20,000 nucleotides of DNA, taken from the IMG/VR virus record IMGVR_UViG_3300027917_000036; one strand, given 5' to 3'. The notes below the pieces were generated by a model. That model had not been told where the DNA came from, did no database searches, and worked only from the letters and a program-made list of their open reading frames with translations. Positions 15,591-20,000 of the stretch are shown here, piece after piece; position 1 is the first letter of the stretch; each line of letters starts with the position of its first letter. This DNA comes from an uncultured virus (IMG/VR IMGVR_UViG_3300027917_000036) (lineage: Duplodnaviria; Heunggongvirae; Uroviricota; Caudoviricetes). A program made the position numbers and the translations under genes.

Positions 15591-15761
15591 ATGGCAACTA
15601 AATATCAAAAGATAAGGGACGAGATGGAGAAGCTCCCTGGTGTTCATCCTCGTATGAGGGAATGGATCACTGTGGTCAATGCTTCAATCTCTTGGCCTAC
15701 AACGACCACAACCACAAGTACCACAACTACTACTACTACGAGTACAACTACTACTACATAG
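15591..15761 (+). CDS. 56-aa protein with a 20-residue Thr/Ser C-terminal tail
   Basis: SD GGAGG, ATG 15591; MATKYQKIRDEMEKLPGVHPRMREWITVVNASISWP-T6-S-T7-S-T5, then TAGTAG; missed by the ORF track. Confidence 0.8.
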   Translation: MATKYQKIRDEMEKLPGVHPRMREWITVVNASISWPTTTTTTSTTTTTTTSTTTTT

Positions 15762-15801
15762 TAGTTTAACACTTGTTGGTTGTAAACAGGAGAAGATAAC
15801 C

Positions 15802-16194
15802 ATGGCAAAGAAGAAAAAACAAATGAGACGCTTCTATCAAGGTAAGAAAGAAGGAGTCGTTTGGGATCCTAAAAGGAATGTTGCTTATGTCGAATTTCAA
15901 GATCGGCAGTTCTTGACGGACGACCCCAATAAGATAGCCCTGCTTATCGAACTCGGTTATCAAGAGGTTTCTTTGACGGCGAAACGACCGCCTGACGCTG
16001 GCCCTGACAATGAGCCTGAAATCAAAGGAGACGTACCCGTCTTGCCTCAAGGTATGACAGAGGAAGCAATGTTAGTACGTCAGAAAAGAGAGGCGTTACT
16101 TGATCAAGGCAAAGGCATAAGTGCAGGTTCAATTACTGGAGAAGAACCAGCGCCGAAGGGTAAGAAAAAGATAACTCGGCGTAAACCTAAATGA
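15802..16194 (+). CDS. Hypothetical virion-associated protein, 130 aa
   Basis: Start moved to ATG 15802 after SD AGGAG. Confidence 0.75.
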   Translation: MAKKKKQMRRFYQGKKEGVVWDPKRNVAYVEFQDRQFLTDDPNKIALLIELGYQEVSLTAKRPPDAGPDNEPEIKGDVPVLPQGMTEEAMLVRQKREALLDQGKGISAGSITGEEPAPKGKKKITRRKPK

Positions 16195-16211
16195 ACAGTG
16201 AGGTCTAATCA

Positions 16212-16661
16212 ATGGCTATTACAGCTTATTCAACTGACGATGATCTTCTCACTATTCGTCCAAACATTCTCGATTTTGGTGTCCGAGACTGGGAGGAGAA
16301 GCACGTTAAAGCATTTAATACTATTAATCGCGTGCTTATCGCTCGGTGGTACAAGGAAGTTGCCGATGAACATGGAATTGATAATTGGCGTGAAACACCG
16401 TTCGATCCTGAAAAAGTAGATGCTGATCAGATTAAAGAGTTATCATGTTACAAGACGCTTGAGCTGATATATATGCATCTGATGAAGGATTCTCCTCAGG
16501 CCGATGGATTTGAAAGGCAGCGTGGTGTTTATCGTGACTTATATAATGAGGAACTGAGGACACTGCTGGCTACCGGCCTGAATTACGACTGGGATGATGA
16601 TGATGTTATTGGCGATACAGAAAAGTATATCGTTCGTCAGAGGCGTCTGGTAAGGGTATAA
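16212..16661 (+). CDS. Head-tail adaptor, putative
   Basis: Size, position after the capsid gene, and N-terminal YSTDDDL typical of adaptor proteins. Confidence 0.65.
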   Translation: MAITAYSTDDDLLTIRPNILDFGVRDWEEKHVKAFNTINRVLIARWYKEVADEHGIDNWRETPFDPEKVDADQIKELSCYKTLELIYMHLMKDSPQADGFERQRGVYRDLYNEELRTLLATGLNYDWDDDDVIGDTEKYIVRQRRLVRV

Positions 16662-16664
16662 AGC

Positions 16665-17123
16665 ATGGCTCAACCCATTAGGCTGAAAGGGGCTAAAGAG
16701 CTCAACCGACTTTTCAAAAAGATTGGCGCAGATATATTTAATGCCGAACTATTTGGAGAGATTGGTGCATTTATGACTACGTCTATCGCTTATCGAACTT
16801 CTCAAGGTGAAGATATGTATGGTGATGAGTTTGATGAATATAGCGAGAAGTACGCAAAAAAGCGAGCCGATATCGGGCTTCCTGTGAATATCGTTGATTT
16901 GTTTTATACTGGATCGATGATGGGTTCTTTAACATGGGATGCCAGTGATGAAAAAGTTGAAGTCTTTTTCATGCCGGGAACAGATAAATCTGGTGTTGAA
17001 AATTCGCTGAAAGCCTACTACCTCAATGTTAAGAGGGAGTTCTTTGGAATCAGTGATGTTGAAAGAGAAGAGATATTAGATCTTGCTGCAGATCATGTAG
17101 ACAAATTAATCAAAAAAGGTTAA
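16665..17123 (+). CDS. Virion morphogenesis / tail completion protein (Mu gpG / P2 gpS-like)
   Basis: LKGAKELNR, DLFYTGSMMGS and KREFFGIS motifs. Confidence 0.7.
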   Translation: MAQPIRLKGAKELNRLFKKIGADIFNAELFGEIGAFMTTSIAYRTSQGEDMYGDEFDEYSEKYAKKRADIGLPVNIVDLFYTGSMMGSLTWDASDEKVEVFFMPGTDKSGVENSLKAYYLNVKREFFGISDVEREEILDLAADHVDKLIKKG

Positions 17124-17127
17124 TGAA

Positions 17128-17577
17128 ATGGCTGAGAATAGTATAAGGGAACAGATCATAGCACAGGTAGTAAGTGAGTTGGAAAATATCGATGGTATTA
17201 ATGTAGTCCAGCGAACACTGCCTATGTTTGACCAGCTGAAAGAGTTTCCCTCCACTGTCTTCCCGTTGGCTGTAGTAGTAGGAGGCTTGCCCAAACCGGT
17301 GACGAAGCGCACCGGGAGGACAGGCCACGTGGACCATTTAACTTCACAGCTGACAATTGATGTCAATGTTTATTTTGTCAACTCTGGCGATCCGGACACG
17401 TTGATAAGTAATCTTGCTGACGATATTTGGATTAAGCTCTGGACAGATCAAACCAAGGGAGGATTAGTCCGACAAAGTGAAGTGGAATTCCTTACTAATC
17501 CAGTACATTGGGAACCATTCATAGCATTTAAGATGCGAAACACTGTTACTTATGAACATGATACTGGAGGAATTTAA
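17128..17577 (+). CDS. Tail terminator protein, putative (lambda gpU-like)
   Basis: SIREQII N-terminus, FPLAVV and DQTKGGLV; immediately precedes the tail tube gene. Confidence 0.65.
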   Translation: MAENSIREQIIAQVVSELENIDGINVVQRTLPMFDQLKEFPSTVFPLAVVVGGLPKPVTKRTGRTGHVDHLTSQLTIDVNVYFVNSGDPDTLISNLADDIWIKLWTDQTKGGLVRQSEVEFLTNPVHWEPFIAFKMRNTVTYEHDTGGI

Positions 17578-17579
17578 TT

Positions 17580-18125
17580 ATGGGCTATAATCCCGAAGAG
17601 TATGTCATTGGTAAGGGAGTCCTGTATATAGGTGAGTGGACAGGATCTACTCCTCCTACAGATCCTGGTGATTTTGTGGATGTGGGAAACTGTCCTGTCG
17701 TCTCTGTTGAACCTGTAACTGAACGGCTTCCGCACTATTCATCTCGTGCGGAGTTCAGGAATAAGGACAAGAATCCTATTACCCAACAGGACTACAATGT
17801 CAACATTACTGCGGATCAAGTGTCTGCAGGGAACATTGCAAGATTCGTTATGGGTACGGTTGTTGGTGATACCATACGTGGATTTCAGGCGTCCAATAAG
17901 GAATATGCTTTGAAGTTTGTTTCCAATAATCCTATCGGTCCAAACTCTACATGGAAGTTCCACAAGGTAACCATGTCTGGAACTGGCGACTTGGCACTTA
18001 TTGGGGAGGAATGGCAAGAGATGACCTATTTGGCTGAAGGACTTGTTGATACAGCAAACAATCCGAACAGTCCTTATTTTGATGTCCAACTTACCACTAC
18101 AACTACTACTACGACAACTACGTAG
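17580..18125 (+). CDS. Major tail tube protein with a C-terminal T10 tract
   Basis: YVIGKGVLYI, DVGNCP, FVSNNPIG and GDLALIGEEW tail-tube motifs; no sheath gene present. Confidence 0.8.
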   Translation: MGYNPEEYVIGKGVLYIGEWTGSTPPTDPGDFVDVGNCPVVSVEPVTERLPHYSSRAEFRNKDKNPITQQDYNVNITADQVSAGNIARFVMGTVVGDTIRGFQASNKEYALKFVSNNPIGPNSTWKFHKVTMSGTGDLALIGEEWQEMTYLAEGLVDTANNPNSPYFDVQLTTTTTTTTTT

Positions 18126-18167
18126 TAGCGATCACGCTTTAATTCTTTTAGGAAAAGGAGAAGTGTT

Positions 18168-18587
18168 ATGAGAAAAAGCACAGAATTTAATGTTGAGGGG
18201 AAGGAGAAGAAGTTCGAGATCAGGGAATTTACGATTGGCGAACTTCTCACCCTCTTAGATAGTGCTGGTAGCGGTTCCGGGGAGGATGGTAAACAGGATG
18301 ATTCCATAGAATCTTTTGCAGAACTATTCAACGAGAAGTTCCTGCCTCTCGTTTCGAATATTACTATGGAAGATCTTCTCGGAATGACTCCCAGTGAAAT
18401 TGAATATATTTGGGAGAAATTTCAAAAGGTAAATAAATCTTTTTTCCGGATGGCCCGGACGATGAATCTAAACAGCATAGCCAACCAAATGAGGGACGCG
18501 ATCATAGAAGACTTTGGGAAATGGCTTGCGAGCTCATCGAGTCTGGGCACAACCGAGTTACCGAATACGGATACAGCTACTTCTTAG
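18168..18587 (+). CDS. Tail assembly chaperone (G-like)
   Basis: Acidic protein between tail tube and tape measure genes; VNKSFF. Confidence 0.8.
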   Translation: MRKSTEFNVEGKEKKFEIREFTIGELLTLLDSAGSGSGEDGKQDDSIESFAELFNEKFLPLVSNITMEDLLGMTPSEIEYIWEKFQKVNKSFFRMARTMNLNSIANQMRDAIIEDFGKWLASSSSLGTTELPNTDTATS

Positions 18588-18742
18588 AAGCATATGCTGC
18601 ACATATTAAGATTCAGTTTGAGAAGAATAAAAGTATGGCTGTGGCTTTTAGGATGGCAAGATTTGCTGATAAGCACGAGTGGCGAAGGTACATGAAAAGA
18701 AAATCGCCAGGATTCCGGCGTATTATTGGTCCTAATGATTAA
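18440..18742 (+). CDS. Tail assembly chaperone -1 frameshift extension (T-like)
   Basis: In-frame slippery heptamer T TTT TTC at 18440-18446; the -1 frame is open from there to TAA 18742. Confidence 0.6.
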   Translation, partial: FFPDGPDDESKQHSQPNEGRDHRRLWEMACELIESGHNRVTEYGYSYFLEAYAAHIKIQFEKNKSMAVAFRMARFADKHEWRRYMKRKSPGFRRIIGPND

Positions 18743-18750
18743 GGTGTATT

Positions 18751-20000
18751 ATGGCTGACGCAAGCAAAACAATGAAAATCATTATCGAAGCGCAGGGCGA
18801 TCAGGCTCAACGTATATTACGAACTTTGCGCGGAGAGATGAATAAAGTTGAAAGAGATACCAATAAAGCATCTGGCTCCATGGTGAAGCTACGTGCTGCA
18901 ATGTCGAAATTGAAAAGTGCAGTATTCGGCTTGAAAGGTTTACTTGTCGGGGCAGGTGTTGGTCTTCTTTCAAGGTCGTTTCTTGATGCGGCGAAAACTT
19001 CTGAAGCATATAGAATAAGATTAAATGTCTTGCTTGGAGATGTTAAGGAAGGGAACCGTCTGTTTCGAGATATGTCTAAGTACGCATCTGGCGTGTCCTT
19101 TAGCTATGAGGAAATTATGGGATCTGCGACTTCCCTTGCTGGAGTTATGAAGGGTGGCGTGGATGAAGTGAATAGATGGATGCCTCTGATTGGTGACCTT
19201 GCTGCTGCTTCGGGATTGAGTATTCAGGAAGCCACCTCTCAGATCATTCGTATGTATAGTGCTGGTGCTGCATCTGCAGATCTCTTCAGAGAACGTGGAA
19301 TCCTTGCAATGCTTGGTTTCCAGTCCGGTGTTAGCTATTCGGCTAAGGAAACGCGCGAACGCCTTGTGCAGGCTTGGGAGGACCCTGCCAGCAAGTTCCG
19401 TGGAGCATCTGAACAGTTAAGTCGCTCTTGGGAAGGTATGATGTCCATGCTGGGCGATGCTTGGTTCCAGTTTAGGAATCAAGTCATGGAATCTGGTGTC
19501 TTTGATTTTCTGAAATCAGGGCTCCAACTTCTTATAGACTATATTGGCCAACTCAGGAAAGAAGGTGATCTTAGTTCGTTTGCGCAACGTGTGGGCAAAG
19601 TTATAATCGCTGTATTGAAAACTATTATCCGTGGTGTTGCATTGTTAGGAGATGCGTTCCGTGGATTAAAAATGATATGGAACGGATTGAAAGCAGCCTT
19701 TGCACTATTCGCCGAGGGACTGAATAGAGGCCTTGCTGCTTTATACGATGTGGTAGATTTTATTCTTGGCTTAATTGGCAAGGCAATTGTCAAGTATGCC
19801 GATCTACTGGACAAGTTAGATTTTACTGGGAAAGCCAAAGGTTTTAACCAGATGATCAGGGACGCTGGTTCCTTTCTTACTACTATGGAGGGTGCTGGCG
19901 ATCAAATGAGAAAACAAGCCGATTATTGGTGGAAAGTCAACAAGGAAGCATCTAAAAATGTCGAGACCCTTGTCACGCAGGAGTCTTGGCTATCAAAGGC
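18751..20000 (+). CDS. Tape measure protein, N-terminal part, runs off the window
   Basis: ATG 18751 after AAGGTG; MADASKTMKIIIEAQGD...RLNVLLGDVKEGNRLFRDMSKYASGVSFSYEEI...LIGDLAAASG matches a tape-measure N-terminal domain; omitted from the track because no stop is reached. Confidence 0.9.
   Translation, partial: MADASKTMKIIIEAQGDQAQRILRTLRGEMNKVERDTNKASGSMVKLRAAMSKLKSAVFGLKGLLVGAGVGLLSRSFLDAAKTSEAYRIRLNVLLGDVKEGNRLFRDMSKYASGVSFSYEEIMGSATSLAGVMKGGVDEVNRWMPLIGDLAAASGLSIQEATSQIIRMYSAGAASADLFRERGILAMLGFQSGVSYSAKETRERLVQAWEDPASKFRGASEQLSRSWEGMMSMLGDAWFQFRNQVMESGVFDFLKSGLQLLIDYIGQLRKEGDLSSFAQRVGKVIIAVLKTIIRGVALLGDAFRGLKMIWNGLKAAFALFAEGLNRGLAALYDVVDFILGLIGKAIVKYADLLDKLDFTGKAKGFNQMIRDAGSFLTTMEGAGDQMRKQADYWWKVNKEASKNVETLVTQESWLSK

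Noticed and set aside
15679..15801. N-terminal extension of ORF 15679-16194 (QLLLLRVQLLL)
   Set aside because: This is an alternative-frame reading of the poly-Thr gene; the real start is ATG 15802 with an SD.
10155..19838. Minus-strand ORFs within the structural operon (e.g. 11751-12257, 14559-14975, 19539-19838)
   Set aside because: Antisense shadows of well-supported + strand genes.

Overview
This window is part of a tailed dsDNA phage genome of siphovirus type. From about 4190 onward the + strand carries a packaging and morphogenesis operon: terminase small and large subunits, portal, MuF-type minor head protein with a HEXXH C-terminal extension, M15 peptidase, scaffold, major capsid, head-tail joining proteins, tail tube, tail chaperone with a probable -1 frameshift, and the start of the tape measure gene. 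Accessory genes are interleaved (J-domain protein, sulfotransferase, very basic peptides, a poly-Thr peptide). The main discovery is at 1-2913 on the - strand: a run of small unknown ORFs punctuated by six complete type II hammerhead ribozymes. Each reads GCC-GAAAC-stem III-GUC-stem I-CYGAWGA-(U)GGY plus a loop I/3' tail pseudoknot. Five lie between a stop codon and the next Shine-Dalgarno site; the sixth precedes the first ORF. Stems I and III differ in sequence between copies but stay paired, while the core and stem II are near-invariant. This predicts self-cleavage of the transcript into gene-sized units whose ends may be able to rejoin (circularisation is inference). Other candidate structured RNAs lie at 2920-3185 and 13331-13660. 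All calls come from reading the sequence by eye; no searches were run.
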